Origin: Segniliparus sp.
GTDB lineage: Bacteria > Actinomycetota > Actinomycetes > Mycobacteriales > Mycobacteriaceae
Length of the DNA: 32,000 nucleotides
Reading direction: 5' to 3'
Assembly: GCF_051660745.1 (NCBI RefSeq)
Contig: NZ_JBOFQF010000038.1
Location: forward strand, 75,039 to 107,038
Shown here piece by piece: positions 17,589 to 26,760 of this stretch. Every line of letters begins with the position of its first letter. The first letter of the stretch is position 1. The notes beneath the pieces were generated by a model, which saw only the letters and a list, made by a program, of their open reading frames with translations, ran no database searches and was not told where the DNA came from. Position numbers and translations under genes: made by a program.

Positions 17589-18251
17589 ATGACCACACCG
17601 ATGCGGGACATCCCGGCGCACGACCGCCCGCGAGAGCGGCTCTTGCGGCACGGGAGCGCGGCATTGAGCGAAGCCGAGCTCGTCGCGGTCCATCTCGGCT
17701 CCGGGCACGCCCGGGCGAGCGCCCTCGACGTGGCCCGCACCCTGCTGACGACGTGGGGCGGGGTGCGCGGGCTCGCCCGAGCGCGCCCGGAAGAGCTCGC
17801 GCGGACCCCCGGCGTCGGCCCTGCGAAGGCCGCGCGGTTGGCCGCCGCGTTCGCCATCGCAGGACGAGTCGGCGCATCGGACGACTCGGTGCAGCTCGTG
17901 CAATCGGCAGACATCGCACGCGTCGCGAGCCGTGTTCTTGGAACGTCTCGGACGGAGCAAGTCGCCGTGCTGGTCGCAGACGGCAGGCTGCGGCTGCGCC
18001 GCACGGAGATCGTGGCGATGGGCTCGGCGACAGCCTGCCCGATGCCGGTGCGCGAAATCCTCGCCACCGTGCTCCGGCATGACGGCGTCGCGTTCGCGGT
18101 CGCCCACAACCATCCGAGCGGGGACCCGACGCCGAGCGCCGCCGACCGGGCGTTGACCGACACGCTGCACAACGCGGCCTGGGCGACGGGTCTGCGGTTT
18201 CTCGACCATATCGTCGTCGCGGGGAACGACTGGCGCAGCACGGCGTTCTGA
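17589..18251 (+). CDS. radC: RadC-like JAB/MPN-domain protein (UPF0758)
   Basis: N-terminal HhH-like RPRERLLRHGSAALSEAELVAVHLGSG; C-terminal JAMM motif AFAVAHNHPSGDPTPSAADRALT. Confidence 0.85.
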   Translation: MTTPMRDIPAHDRPRERLLRHGSAALSEAELVAVHLGSGHARASALDVARTLLTTWGGVRGLARARPEELARTPGVGPAKAARLAAAFAIAGRVGASDDSVQLVQSADIARVASRVLGTSRTEQVAVLVADGRLRLRRTEIVAMGSATACPMPVREILATVLRHDGVAFAVAHNHPSGDPTPSAADRALTDTLHNAAWATGLRFLDHIVVAGNDWRSTAF

Positions 18252-18282
18252 ACTCGACGGGGCGGTGTCGGGAGTTTGTGCC

Positions 18283-19251
18283 ATGCTGATGCCTATGGAG
18301 CTCGTGTCCCTCGCCGATATCAAGGCCGCCCGTTCGCGGATCGCGCCCGACGTGGTGCGCACGCCGCTGGTCCCGGTGCTGCGCGCCTCGGGCCCGGCGC
18401 GTTCGTTGTGGCTCAAACCGGAGAATCTGCAGCCCACCGGGGCGTTCAAACTGCGCGGGGCTTTGAACGCGGTGCGCAAGCTGAACGCCGAGCAGCGCTC
18501 GGCTGGCGTGGTGACGCATTCCAGCGGCAACCACGGCCAGGCCTTGGCGTACGCGGGAAAGCTGGAAGGCGTGTCAGTCGTGGTGGTGATCCCGAAGAAC
18601 GCGCCCGCCGTCAAGATCGAGGCGTGCGAGGCGCACGGCGCGGAGGTGGTGTTGGTCGAGCCCGCCGAGCGCGAGCCCGCGATGCTGCGGCTCGCGCAGG
18701 AGCGCGGCCTCGTGGTGATCCCGCCCTACGACCACCCGGACATCATCGCGGGCCAGGGCACCGTCGGCTTGGAGATCGCGGAGGACTTGCCGAAGGTCGA
18801 GAACGTGCTCGTGCCGGTGGGCGGCGGCGGGCTGCTCTCCGGCGTCGCGGCGGCGATCAAGGCGCTGCTGCCCACCGGGGCGAGGGTGATCGGCGTCGAG
18901 CCGGAGCTGGCCGCCGACGCCAAGGAGAGCAGGGAAGCCGGATCGGTCGTCTCGTGGCCGGTCGAGCTCCGGAGCCGGACCATCGCCGACGGTCTGCGCA
19001 CGCAGCTTTCCGAGCTCACGCTGGCGCACGTCAGGGAGTTGGTGGACGACATCGTCACCGTCACCGAGGAGGAGATCGAAGCGTCGGTCCGCTGGCTCGC
19101 GCGCGAGGCGCGCATCGTCGCGGAGCCGTCCGGCGCGGTGACGACGGCGGCGTTCCTCTCCGGGAAAACACCGGAAGGCCTGACGGCGGCCGTCGTGAGC
19201 GGCGGCAACGTGGACCCGGCGCTCTACGCGAGCATGATCGCCGCGAGCTGA
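18283..19251 (+). CDS. PLP-dependent serine/threonine dehydratase (threonine ammonia-lyase / serine-racemase-like, PALP family)
   Basis: LWLKPENLQPTGAFKLRGA (PLP lysine), VVTHSSGNHGQALAYA, PVGGGGLLSG. ATG 18283 lies 8 nt after gggag. Confidence 0.85.
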   Translation: MLMPMELVSLADIKAARSRIAPDVVRTPLVPVLRASGPARSLWLKPENLQPTGAFKLRGALNAVRKLNAEQRSAGVVTHSSGNHGQALAYAGKLEGVSVVVVIPKNAPAVKIEACEAHGAEVVLVEPAEREPAMLRLAQERGLVVIPPYDHPDIIAGQGTVGLEIAEDLPKVENVLVPVGGGGLLSGVAAAIKALLPTGARVIGVEPELAADAKESREAGSVVSWPVELRSRTIADGLRTQLSELTLAHVRELVDDIVTVTEEEIEASVRWLAREARIVAEPSGAVTTAAFLSGKTPEGLTAAVVSGGNVDPALYASMIAAS

Positions 19252-19262
19252 GCGCCTCGCGG
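19241..19262. terminator. Hairpin between convergent genes (ccgcgag-ctgagcgc-ctcgcgg), possible bidirectional terminator
   Basis: A 7-bp GC-rich stem with an 8-nt loop spans the dehydratase stop codon. There is no U-tract, as is common in actinobacteria. Confidence 0.3.
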
Positions 19263-19532
19263 CTACCTCTTTTTGACCGGCGGTTTCGCGGGCGGGATCT
19301 GAGCCTGCGGGCCTAAGCCCCCGGCGGCCATCTCGGGGCCGATCAGCGCGCCCGTCCCGAAGTTCTCCCCCTGGTCCTGGACCGGGTTGGGGATGTCGCC
19401 CGCGCCGTTGTCGTCGTTGTGGCCGTGCCCGTCGCCGTCGTCGGCGAACGCAAGAGCCGCGGGCAGCGCGGTCGTGCCTGCGGCTCCGCCCAGCGCAAGG
19501 GCGAGGAACATGGCGGAGAGTGTCTTTTTCAT
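19263..19532 (-). CDS. Small secreted acidic Gly/Asp/His-rich protein
   Basis: MKKTLSAMFLALALGGAAGTTALPAALAFA is a signal peptide. The mature part is DDGDGHGHNDDNGAGDIPNPVQDQGENFGTGALIGPEMAAGGLGPQAQIPPAKPPVKKR. TGGAG SD upstream of ATG 19532. No family recognised. Confidence 0.5.
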   Translation of the reverse strand: MKKTLSAMFLALALGGAAGTTALPAALAFADDGDGHGHNDDNGAGDIPNPVQDQGENFGTGALIGPEMAAGGLGPQAQIPPAKPPVKKR

Positions 19533-19569
19533 GGTGTGCTCCAATCAATTGAGGGGTTGGCGGCGGGTT

Positions 19570-21540
19570 TCAATGCGAGCGAGGGTCGGTGAGGATCTCG
19601 ACGAGGGCTGGTCCGGGATGGGCGAGGGCTTCGGCGACTGCGCCCCGCAACGCCGAGGGGTCGTCGACGCGCTTGCCGTATGCCCCGCAGTTCTGGGCGA
19701 AGGCGGCGAAGTCGGGGTTGTGCAGCGAGGTGTGCCAGACCTCGTACTCGCTGCTGCGCTGCTCGTCGCTGATCTTGGCCAGTTCGGCGTTGTTGAGCAG
19801 GATGTGCGTGATGTTCATCCCGTACTTCACGGCAGTGGTGAGCTCGGCGAGGTACTGGCCGAAGCCGCCGTCCCCGGTGATGGCGACGACGGGGCGCTCT
19901 GGAGCCGCCGCCCAGGCCCCCATGGCGGCGGGGAATCCGAAGCCGATGGAGCCGAGGTAGCCGGACATGAGGACCGACTGCTCTGTCGCCTCGAAGTACC
20001 GCCCGAAGGAGTAGGCGTGGTTGCCGACGTCGACGGCCAGCACCGCGTCGGACGGGAGCAGCGCGTTGAGCTCGTGGAAGACCGTCGCGGCGGCCACCCG
20101 GCCCGGGGGGCGCTCTGCGGCTCGCCGGGCTTTCTCGGCCCGCCAGACCGCCCAGCGCTCGGCGATCTCGGCCCGTTGGTCGACGAGGTCCTGGCCGGCG
20201 CGGCACTCGTCCAACAGGGCTGCCGCCGTGAGGCCGATATCGCCGAGCACCGGGACGTCGACCGGGCGGAACCGGCCAAGGGCGAGCGGGTCGGTGTCGA
20301 CTTGGACGGTCGTCTTGTACGGGGAGATGCCGGTGTGGTTCGAGAAGGAGGCGCCGAACACGAGCAGCAGGTCGGCCTTGTTCATCATCCACGAGGCCAC
20401 CGGCGTGCCCGAGCGTCCGAGCACGCCGCAGGCGAGCGGGTGCTGGTCAGAGATCTGCCCCTTCGCTTTGAACGTGGTCAGCACGGGGGCGCCGAGGCGC
20501 TCGGCGAGCGCCTCGACAGCGGGCATGTCGAATTTGGCCCCGGCTCCGACGACGACCAGCGGCCTGCGGGCGGCCGCGATCCTGTCCAGCGCGGCCCGCA
20601 GGGCCGAGGGGGGAGGCGCCACGCGGAGGTCCGGCATCCGCCCGGCCGGGCCGGAAGCCCGCGCGCCTGCGGCCGGCAGCACTTGCACTTCGTCGGGCAG
20701 GACGAGATGGCCGACGCCTCGTTCGAGCACGGCGCGTTTGAGCGCCGTCGTCATCAGCTCGGCGTGGTCCGATCCGGAGCGCACCATCGCCGAGTACACA
20801 GCCACGTCGGCGAACGCGGCGAGCAGGTCGATGTCCTGGAAGGCGCCCTTGCCCGCCACGGAGGAGTCCACGTTGCCGGAGAGCGCGAGCACGGGGGAGC
20901 GGTCGGCTTTCGCGTCGTAGAGCCCGGTGAGCAGGTTCGTCGAGCCCGGCCCGGCGATGCCGAAGCAGGCTGCGGGCCGCCCGACGAGCTTGCCGTACGC
21001 GGAGGCCGCGAAAGCCGCCGCCCCCTCGTGCCGGACGCCGAAGTAGCGCAGCCTCCCGTCGGACTCGGCCCGGTGCAGAGCCTCGGCCAGCCCGAGATTG
21101 GAGTGGCCGACCATGCCGAAAACGGTGTCGACCCCCCAGTTCGTCATCGTCTCGACGAGCACGTCGCTGACCGTCCTCGGCGCGGGGGCGGGCGCGGGCG
21201 TCCCGACGTACACGCCGTCCTCGCGTTCTTCGACGGGGTAGACGCGGACGTCGAAGTCCGGTCCGCCCGCCGCCTCGCCGGTGAACGGGTCGAAGTCGAA
21301 TCCGTGCCAGGGGCAGCGGATCTTGTCGTTCTCCAGGGTGCCTTGCCCCAACGGGCCGCCTTGGTGCGGGCAGCGGTTGTCGACCGCGCCGTACGCGCCG
21401 CGCAGCTTGGTCAGCGCGACGGTCTTCTGCCCTGCGGGACACGAGACGACCTGCCCGTCTTCGAGCTCGTCGCGGGCGGCGACTTTGTGCCAGACCGTGG
21501 CGTCTTCGTGGGCTGGTTGGCTGTCGAAGCCGCCGCTCAT
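19570..21540 (-). CDS. Rieske [2Fe-2S] domain fused to a TPP-dependent pyruvate-oxidase / acetolactate-synthase-like enzyme
   Basis: ATG 21540 overlaps the upstream stop (ATGA). N-terminal Rieske: CPHQGGPL...CPWHGFDF. Then three TPP-enzyme domains: VFGMVGHSNLGL...GPGSTNLLTGLYDA (Pyr), a central domain, and ITGDGGFGQYLAELTTAVKYGMNITHILLNN (GDG...NN TPP-Mg motif). The track ORF extending to 22953 is an out-of-frame read-through. Confidence 0.85.
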   Translation of the reverse strand: MSGGFDSQPAHEDATVWHKVAARDELEDGQVVSCPAGQKTVALTKLRGAYGAVDNRCPHQGGPLGQGTLENDKIRCPWHGFDFDPFTGEAAGGPDFDVRVYPVEEREDGVYVGTPAPAPAPRTVSDVLVETMTNWGVDTVFGMVGHSNLGLAEALHRAESDGRLRYFGVRHEGAAAFAASAYGKLVGRPAACFGIAGPGSTNLLTGLYDAKADRSPVLALSGNVDSSVAGKGAFQDIDLLAAFADVAVYSAMVRSGSDHAELMTTALKRAVLERGVGHLVLPDEVQVLPAAGARASGPAGRMPDLRVAPPPSALRAALDRIAAARRPLVVVGAGAKFDMPAVEALAERLGAPVLTTFKAKGQISDQHPLACGVLGRSGTPVASWMMNKADLLLVFGASFSNHTGISPYKTTVQVDTDPLALGRFRPVDVPVLGDIGLTAAALLDECRAGQDLVDQRAEIAERWAVWRAEKARRAAERPPGRVAAATVFHELNALLPSDAVLAVDVGNHAYSFGRYFEATEQSVLMSGYLGSIGFGFPAAMGAWAAAPERPVVAITGDGGFGQYLAELTTAVKYGMNITHILLNNAELAKISDEQRSSEYEVWHTSLHNPDFAAFAQNCGAYGKRVDDPSALRGAVAEALAHPGPALVEILTDPRSH

Positions 21541-23165
21541 AGGGGTGTCGCTCCTGCGTAGGGGACTCCGCTGAGATACGCGAAGTCGCGGTCGAAAGTC
21601 ACGAGGTCGTCCAGCTCGAAGTCCGCGAGCCGCCGATGGCCGCACGCCCTGGCGAGCACGGCCATCAGGTCCACGCTGGCGCGCAGGAACCTGTCCAACC
21701 GCTCTGCGGCGGACCGCACGGGCAGCCGGGCGCGCAGCCGGGGGTCTTGGGTGGCGATGCCAGCGGGGCAGGCGTTCGTGTCGCAGGCCCGCATGCCGAC
21801 GCAGCCGACGGCCTGGATCGCGGCGTTGGAGAGGCCGATGGCGTCCGCGCCGAGCGCCAGGGCTTTGGCCATGTCCGCCGCAGTACGCAGGCCGCCGGTG
21901 ACGGCCAGGGTCACGCCGTCGGCGCGGGAGCGGTCCAGATGCCGCCGCGCCCGCGCCAACGCCGGGATGGTGGGCACGGAGATGTTGTCGCGGAAGACCA
22001 ACGGGGCGGACCCCGTCCCGCCGCCCCTGCCGTCGAGGATGATGTAGTCGACCCCGATCTCCAGCGCCGCGTCGATGTCCCGCTCGATGTGCTGCGCGCT
22101 CATCTTGTATCCGACGGGGATGCCGCCGGACTCCTCCCGCACCTGTTGCGCGAAGTCCGCGAACTGGCTGAGCGACGTCCAGTCCGGGAACCGGGCCGGG
22201 GAGACAGCCGCCGTGCCGGGCGGCAGCCCCCGGACCTCGGCGATCTTCCCGACCACCTTCGCCCCCGGCAGGTGCCCGCCGGTGCCGGTCTTCGCGCCTT
22301 GCCCGCCTTTGAAATGGAACGCCTGGACTTTCCGGACGTGCTCGATGCTCCATCCGAAACGTCCGGACGCGAGCTCGTAGAAGTACTTCGAGTTCTCCTG
22401 CTGCTCCTCGGGCAGCATGCCGCCCTCGCCGGAGCAAATACCGGTGCCGGAGAGCTCGGCCCCCATCGCGAGCGCCGTTTTCGCCTCCTGCGACAGCGCG
22501 CCGAAGCTCATGTCGCTCACGAACAGGGGGATGTCGAGCGTCAACGGCTTTCGGGCGTTCGGCCCGATCACGGTCGCCGTCCCGACCGGCTCGTCGTCGA
22601 GCAAGGGCAGGCGCGCGAGCTGCGCGGTCAGGATCTGGATCGAGTCCCAGGAGGGGAGCTGCCCGCGCGGCACCCCCATCGCGGCGGTCGGGCCGTGCGC
22701 GCCGGATCCGCGCAGGCCGCGCGCGGCGAATTCGTGGATCTGCGTGACGAAGGGCTCCTCGGCGGTGTCCGAGGGCTTGATCCATCGGCCTTGGTACCCG
22801 TCGTCCGAGTAATCCCTCGGGTCGGCCTTGGCGTGTGCGGCGACCGCCGCGCCGTCGACGTACACCGAGCCCTCCGACACCCAAGCGGGGAAAGAGCCCA
22901 GGGAGACCGCCGGGTTGACCGGGGAGACGCCGGTGTCGAGCTCGTAGCGCCACCCGTGCACCCCGCAGACGAGGAGCCCGCCTTCGACCCGCCCGTCCGC
23001 CATCAGCGCCCCGCGATGCGCGCAGCGCCCGTGCAGGGCGTGGACCTGCTCGCCGCGTCGGACGAGGACGAGGTCCACCCCGTGCGCGACCACGGCGTGC
23101 GGGGAGCTTTCGGGCAATTCGGCGAGCGAGGCCACGCGGAGGGTGGGGGTCTGTGCTGTGGTCAT
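21537..23165 (-). CDS. Rieske [2Fe-2S] domain fused to a glutamate-synthase-related FMN-binding domain (GltB domain-2-like)
   Basis: N-terminal CAHRGALM...CGVHGWRY. Then DIPLFVSDMSFGALS, FKGGQGAKTGTGGHLPG, ILDGRGGGTGSAP, GGLRTAADMAKALALGADA, CDTNACPAGIATQDP, which is the conserved GltS FMN / Fe-S module. Confidence 0.85.
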   Translation of the reverse strand: MTTAQTPTLRVASLAELPESSPHAVVAHGVDLVLVRRGEQVHALHGRCAHRGALMADGRVEGGLLVCGVHGWRYELDTGVSPVNPAVSLGSFPAWVSEGSVYVDGAAVAAHAKADPRDYSDDGYQGRWIKPSDTAEEPFVTQIHEFAARGLRGSGAHGPTAAMGVPRGQLPSWDSIQILTAQLARLPLLDDEPVGTATVIGPNARKPLTLDIPLFVSDMSFGALSQEAKTALAMGAELSGTGICSGEGGMLPEEQQENSKYFYELASGRFGWSIEHVRKVQAFHFKGGQGAKTGTGGHLPGAKVVGKIAEVRGLPPGTAAVSPARFPDWTSLSQFADFAQQVREESGGIPVGYKMSAQHIERDIDAALEIGVDYIILDGRGGGTGSAPLVFRDNISVPTIPALARARRHLDRSRADGVTLAVTGGLRTAADMAKALALGADAIGLSNAAIQAVGCVGMRACDTNACPAGIATQDPRLRARLPVRSAAERLDRFLRASVDLMAVLARACGHRRLADFELDDLVTFDRDFAYLSGVPYAGATPL

Positions 23166-23170
23166 GCGCG

Positions 23171-23833
23171 TCAGCCCTCGTGCCCTTTGAGAAGGTCCGC
23201 GAACGGCGTGACGCGCGTGTCGACGTTGTTGCCGGAGGTCCTGGCCTGGTCCTCTTCCCGCTGGGCGAAACCAGGCAGGGGCACGCGCTCGGCCACGACC
23301 TGGCAGGCGAGCTCGGAGGCGGCGCGGCGGATCCGGGCCGACAGCTCCACGCCTCCGGAACCGGCCCCGAAGTCGCTGGTCGCGGCGAAGACTCCGGTCG
23401 GGACGACCACGGCGCGCAGGTAGGAGAACAGGGGGCGCAGCGCGTGGTCGAGCACGAGGGAATGCCGCTCGGAGCCCGCCGTCGCGGCGATCAGGACCGG
23501 CGTCCCGACCAGGGAGGCCGTGTCGAGGACGTCGAAGAACAGTTTGAACAGCCCCGAGTAGCTCGCGCTGAACACGGGGGTCACCGCGACGAGCCCCTCC
23601 GCCGCCGCGATTTTCTCCCGGGCCTCGGCGATCGCGAGCGTCGGCAGCCCGCCGGTGGCGACCGTGGTGGCCAGGTCCTGCGCGAGCGGCCGCAATTCGA
23701 CGAACTCGACCTCCGCGCCCTCGCCGCGCGCGGTGATCTGCGTCGTGACCGCCGCCGCGATCCGGTCGGCGAGCAGCCTGGTCGTGGAGGGCTCGCCGAG
23801 CCCTCCGGAGACGACTGCGATGCGTCGCGCCAT
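23171..23833 (-). CDS. NAD(P)H-dependent FMN reductase (LLM-partnered, CE1759-like)
   Basis: MARRIAVVSGGLGEPSTTRLLA...GLVAVTPVFSASYSGLFKLFFD...PVLIAATAGSERHSL, an SsuE/MsuE-type flavodoxin-like reductase. It starts 1 nt after the LLM stop. Confidence 0.85.
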   Translation of the reverse strand: MARRIAVVSGGLGEPSTTRLLADRIAAAVTTQITARGEGAEVEFVELRPLAQDLATTVATGGLPTLAIAEAREKIAAAEGLVAVTPVFSASYSGLFKLFFDVLDTASLVGTPVLIAATAGSERHSLVLDHALRPLFSYLRAVVVPTGVFAATSDFGAGSGGVELSARIRRAASELACQVVAERVPLPGFAQREEDQARTSGNNVDTRVTPFADLLKGHEG

Positions 23834-23834
23834 G

Positions 23835-24998
23835 TCAGTGCGCCCTTCTCGTCGTGCCCTTTGCCGGGTCGCGCTGCGCGGCGTCCTCGACGTCTGCGGT
23901 GATGACCCGGCGGTGCTTGGACTGCTCGCCCTGCGCCAGCAGGGACTGGTGGGTCGGCGGCTCGCTCGGCACATGCGCGGGGCGGCGCAGCTCGAACTCC
24001 TTGCGCAGCACGGGGACCACTTCCTTGCCGAGGATCTCGATCTGCTCGAGCACGACCTCGCGCGGCAGCCCCGCGTGGTCGACGAGGAACAGCTGGCGCT
24101 GGTAGTCGCCCACCGCGTCGGCGAAACCGAGCGTGCGCTCCACGACCTGCTCGACCGTGCCGACGGTCAGGGGGGTGTCGCGGGTGAAGTCTTCGAGCGA
24201 GGGCCCGTGGCCGTAGACCGGGGCGTTGTCGAAGTACGGGCGGAAGAACCGCTTCGCCTCTGCCTCGGTCTCGGCGATGAACGCCTGCCCGCCCAAGCCG
24301 ACGACGGCCTGGTCGGCGCAGCCGTGCCCGTAGTGCTCGAACCGCTGCCGGTACAGCCGCACCATCTGCGAGGTGTGCTCAAGGTCCCAAAAGATATTGT
24401 TGTGGAAGAAGCCGTCGCCGTAGAACGCGGCCTGCTCGGCGATCTCTGTGGAGCGGATCGAGCCGTGCCACACGAACGGCGGCACGCCGTCCAGCGGCGC
24501 CGGGGTCGAGGTGAAGCCGTGCAACGGGGTGCGGAACTGGCCGTTCCAGTCCACGACGGGCTCGCGCCACAGCCTGCGCAGCAGGTGGTAGTTCTCGACC
24601 GCGAGGTTGATCCCTTGGCGGATGTCTTTGCCGAACCATGGGTACACCGGACCGGTGTTCCCCCGGCCCATGATGAGGTCGACCCGGCCGTCGGAGAGGT
24701 GCTGCAGCATCGCGTAGTCCTCGGCGATCTTCACCGGGTCGTTCGTGGTGATCAGCGTGGTCGCGGTGGACAGCAGCAGCGTGCTGGTCCGCGCCGCGAT
24801 CCAGCCCAGCATCGTGGTCGGCGAGGACGGCACGAACGGGGGGTTGTGGTGCTCGCCGGTGGCGAAGACGTCGAGCCCGACCTCCTCCGACTTGAGCGCG
24901 TACGACAGCATCGCCTCGAGGCGCTCGTGCTCGCTGGGCCGCCTGCCGGTCGTCGGGTCCTTCGTCACATCGCCGACGCTGAAAATGCCGAACTGCAT
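23835..24998 (-). CDS. Luciferase-like (LLM class) flavin-dependent monooxygenase (CE1758-like)
   Basis: MQFGIFSVGDV...GLDVFATGEHHNPPF...LSTATTLITTNDPVKIAEDYAMLQHLSDGRVDLIMGRGN is the bacterial luciferase family pattern. It is the first gene of the four-gene operon. Confidence 0.85.
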   Translation of the reverse strand: MQFGIFSVGDVTKDPTTGRRPSEHERLEAMLSYALKSEEVGLDVFATGEHHNPPFVPSSPTTMLGWIAARTSTLLLSTATTLITTNDPVKIAEDYAMLQHLSDGRVDLIMGRGNTGPVYPWFGKDIRQGINLAVENYHLLRRLWREPVVDWNGQFRTPLHGFTSTPAPLDGVPPFVWHGSIRSTEIAEQAAFYGDGFFHNNIFWDLEHTSQMVRLYRQRFEHYGHGCADQAVVGLGGQAFIAETEAEAKRFFRPYFDNAPVYGHGPSLEDFTRDTPLTVGTVEQVVERTLGFADAVGDYQRQLFLVDHAGLPREVVLEQIEILGKEVVPVLRKEFELRRPAHVPSEPPTHQSLLAQGEQSKHRRVITADVEDAAQRDPAKGTTRRAH

Positions 24999-25146
24999 AG
25001 ATATTCATCCCTGTTGTATACGCAGGGCCGGATCCTGGCCCTCCTGCACGATTGAACACATCAGCCCGTCTGGCAACAAGGGCGGGCTGTTCCCAGGGAC
25101 TGGCAGACCCTCTGTCGGAGGGGCGCTCGGCCCTTATGGTGGGAGG

Positions 25147-25974
25147 ATGGAGCACCGCAAAGACATCCGCGACTTCCTGGCCTCGCGCCGGGCGAAGATC
25201 ACCCCGGAGGAGGCGCAGGTCCCGGTGTACGGGGGCAAGCGCCGCGTCCCCGGCCTGCGCCGCGAGGAGGTCGCCCTGCTCGCCGGGGTCAGCGTGGACT
25301 ACTACACGCGGCTCGAGCGCGGCAATTTGCGCGGCGTGTCCGACACCGTCCTGAACTCGGTGGCCGCCGTGCTCCGCCTCGACGAATCAGAGCGAGCCCA
25401 TCTGTTCGACCTCGCCCGAGGCTCCGCCTCCGGCGGCGCGGGCAGGCGGAGGGCCGCGTCGCCGCTACGCCCGGCGCTCCGCCATGTCCTGGATGCGCTG
25501 GCCGGGGCGCCTGCCTGGATCAGCGACGAGCGGCTCGACGTGCTCGCCGCGAACGCCCTGTGCGCCGCCCTCTATCAAGACGCGTTCGCCGAGCAGGGCC
25601 GGGAGCCGAACCTCGCGCGGTTCGTGTTCCTCGACCCGAGGTCGCGGGACTTCTTCCTCGACTGGGGCCAGCACGCCGACAACGCCGCCGCCAGCTTGTG
25701 CGCCGCGACGGGCAGGCACCGGGGCGACGAGAAGCTCGCCGCGCTCGTCGCCGAGCTTCGCGCTGGGAGCGACGACTTCCGCGCCCGGTGGCAGGCGCAC
25801 GACGTGCGGCTCCAGCTCGACGGGGCCAAGGGCTTGCAGCACCCGGTCGCGGGCAGGCTCGACCTCGTCTACGAGCGGCTGCAGCTGCCGTCGGACGCGG
25901 GGCTCACGCTCTTCGTGCTCGTGGCCGAGCCGGGGTCCCCCACGGCGGACCGTCTCAAACTCCTGGGCGGCTGA
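25147..25974 (+). CDS. MmyB-like XRE-family HTH transcriptional regulator
   Basis: LRDFLASRRAKITPEEAQVPVYGGKRRVPGLRREEVALLAGVSVDYYTRLERGN is the diagnostic MmyB-family N-terminus, followed by a C-terminal ligand-binding-type domain. GGGAGG SD. Divergent from the LLM operon. Confidence 0.85.
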   Translation: MEHRKDIRDFLASRRAKITPEEAQVPVYGGKRRVPGLRREEVALLAGVSVDYYTRLERGNLRGVSDTVLNSVAAVLRLDESERAHLFDLARGSASGGAGRRRAASPLRPALRHVLDALAGAPAWISDERLDVLAANALCAALYQDAFAEQGREPNLARFVFLDPRSRDFFLDWGQHADNAAASLCAATGRHRGDEKLAALVAELRAGSDDFRARWQAHDVRLQLDGAKGLQHPVAGRLDLVYERLQLPSDAGLTLFVLVAEPGSPTADRLKLLGG

Positions 25975-25982
25975 ACTGCGGC

Positions 25983-26630
25983 TCAGCCTTTGACGCCCAC
26001 GGTGAAGAGGTCGGCGGCGAACGCTTTGCTCCAGGCCGGGCGGCGCACCCGGCGCTGCTCGGCGATGGTGAAGCCCGCGTCCTCGAACAGCGCGCGGATC
26101 TGGTCCGGGGGCAGGAACTGGGTGGCGGACCATTGCTGCGGGACGAGACGGTTCAGCAGCGGGGTGACCGGCTGGCGGGGGCTGATCGTGGTGACCGCCG
26201 CGATGCCCCCGGGGCGCAGCACCCGGTGGAACTCCCGCAGCGCCGCAGCTTGGTTGAAGAAGTGGAACGCGGAAGTGGTGACCACCGCGTCGAGGCCGCC
26301 GTCCTCGAACGGCAGCTGCTCGGCGGGGGCGATCTGCCAACGGACCTTGTCCGACAGCGCTTTGGCCCGCGCGAGCATCCCCTCGGACATGTCCACGCCG
26401 TCGATCTCGTCGGGGTCGAGCTCGCGCTGGATCCGGTCGGCGAGGATGCCGGTGCCGCAGGCGACGTCGAGGATCTTCTGCGCGCCGCGCTCGCGCAGCA
26501 GCGCCAGCATCTCGTCGTGCGGCTGCTGGTAGGCATTGCGCTGGAGGGGGCCCCAGTCGTATGCCTTGGCGACCGATCCCCAGAACCGGGTCACTTGGTC
26601 GTTGAGCGCGCGGCGTTGGGGGTCGGTCAT
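25983..26630 (-). CDS. Class I SAM-dependent methyltransferase
   Basis: ILDVACGTGILA (motif I), IDGVDMSEGML, DAVVTTSAFHFF, LRPGG. Confidence 0.8.
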   Translation of the reverse strand: MTDPQRRALNDQVTRFWGSVAKAYDWGPLQRNAYQQPHDEMLALLRERGAQKILDVACGTGILADRIQRELDPDEIDGVDMSEGMLARAKALSDKVRWQIAPAEQLPFEDGGLDAVVTTSAFHFFNQAAALREFHRVLRPGGIAAVTTISPRQPVTPLLNRLVPQQWSATQFLPPDQIRALFEDAGFTIAEQRRVRRPAWSKAFAADLFTVGVKG

Positions 26631-26760
26631 GGGGGTCTCCTTAGGTTGTCTCGGAGATCAGGCAGATGAGATGCGAGGCGCACCGAGCCGTGGTGTACGG
26701 AGGCGGTATGGGTACACGAGGCGAGGAGCAACGAAGCAGGTCGCTGCCTGAATCCGAGGG

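Noticed and set aside
17589-18251. RadC-like gene as part of a mobile or anti-restriction island together with the TA module.
   Set aside because: The composition and codon usage match the core genome, and there are no flanking repeats or mobility genes. It is annotated as an ordinary RadC/JAB protein.
19570-22953. The track reports a single 1,127-aa minus-strand ORF.
   Set aside because: Only the C-terminal 656 aa (from ATG 21540) look like protein, namely the Rieske + TPP enzyme. The N-terminal ~470 aa are Arg-rich nonsense read out of frame across the well-supported Rieske::GltS-like gene (21537-23165). The ATGA stop/start overlap at 21537-21540 marks the real boundary.
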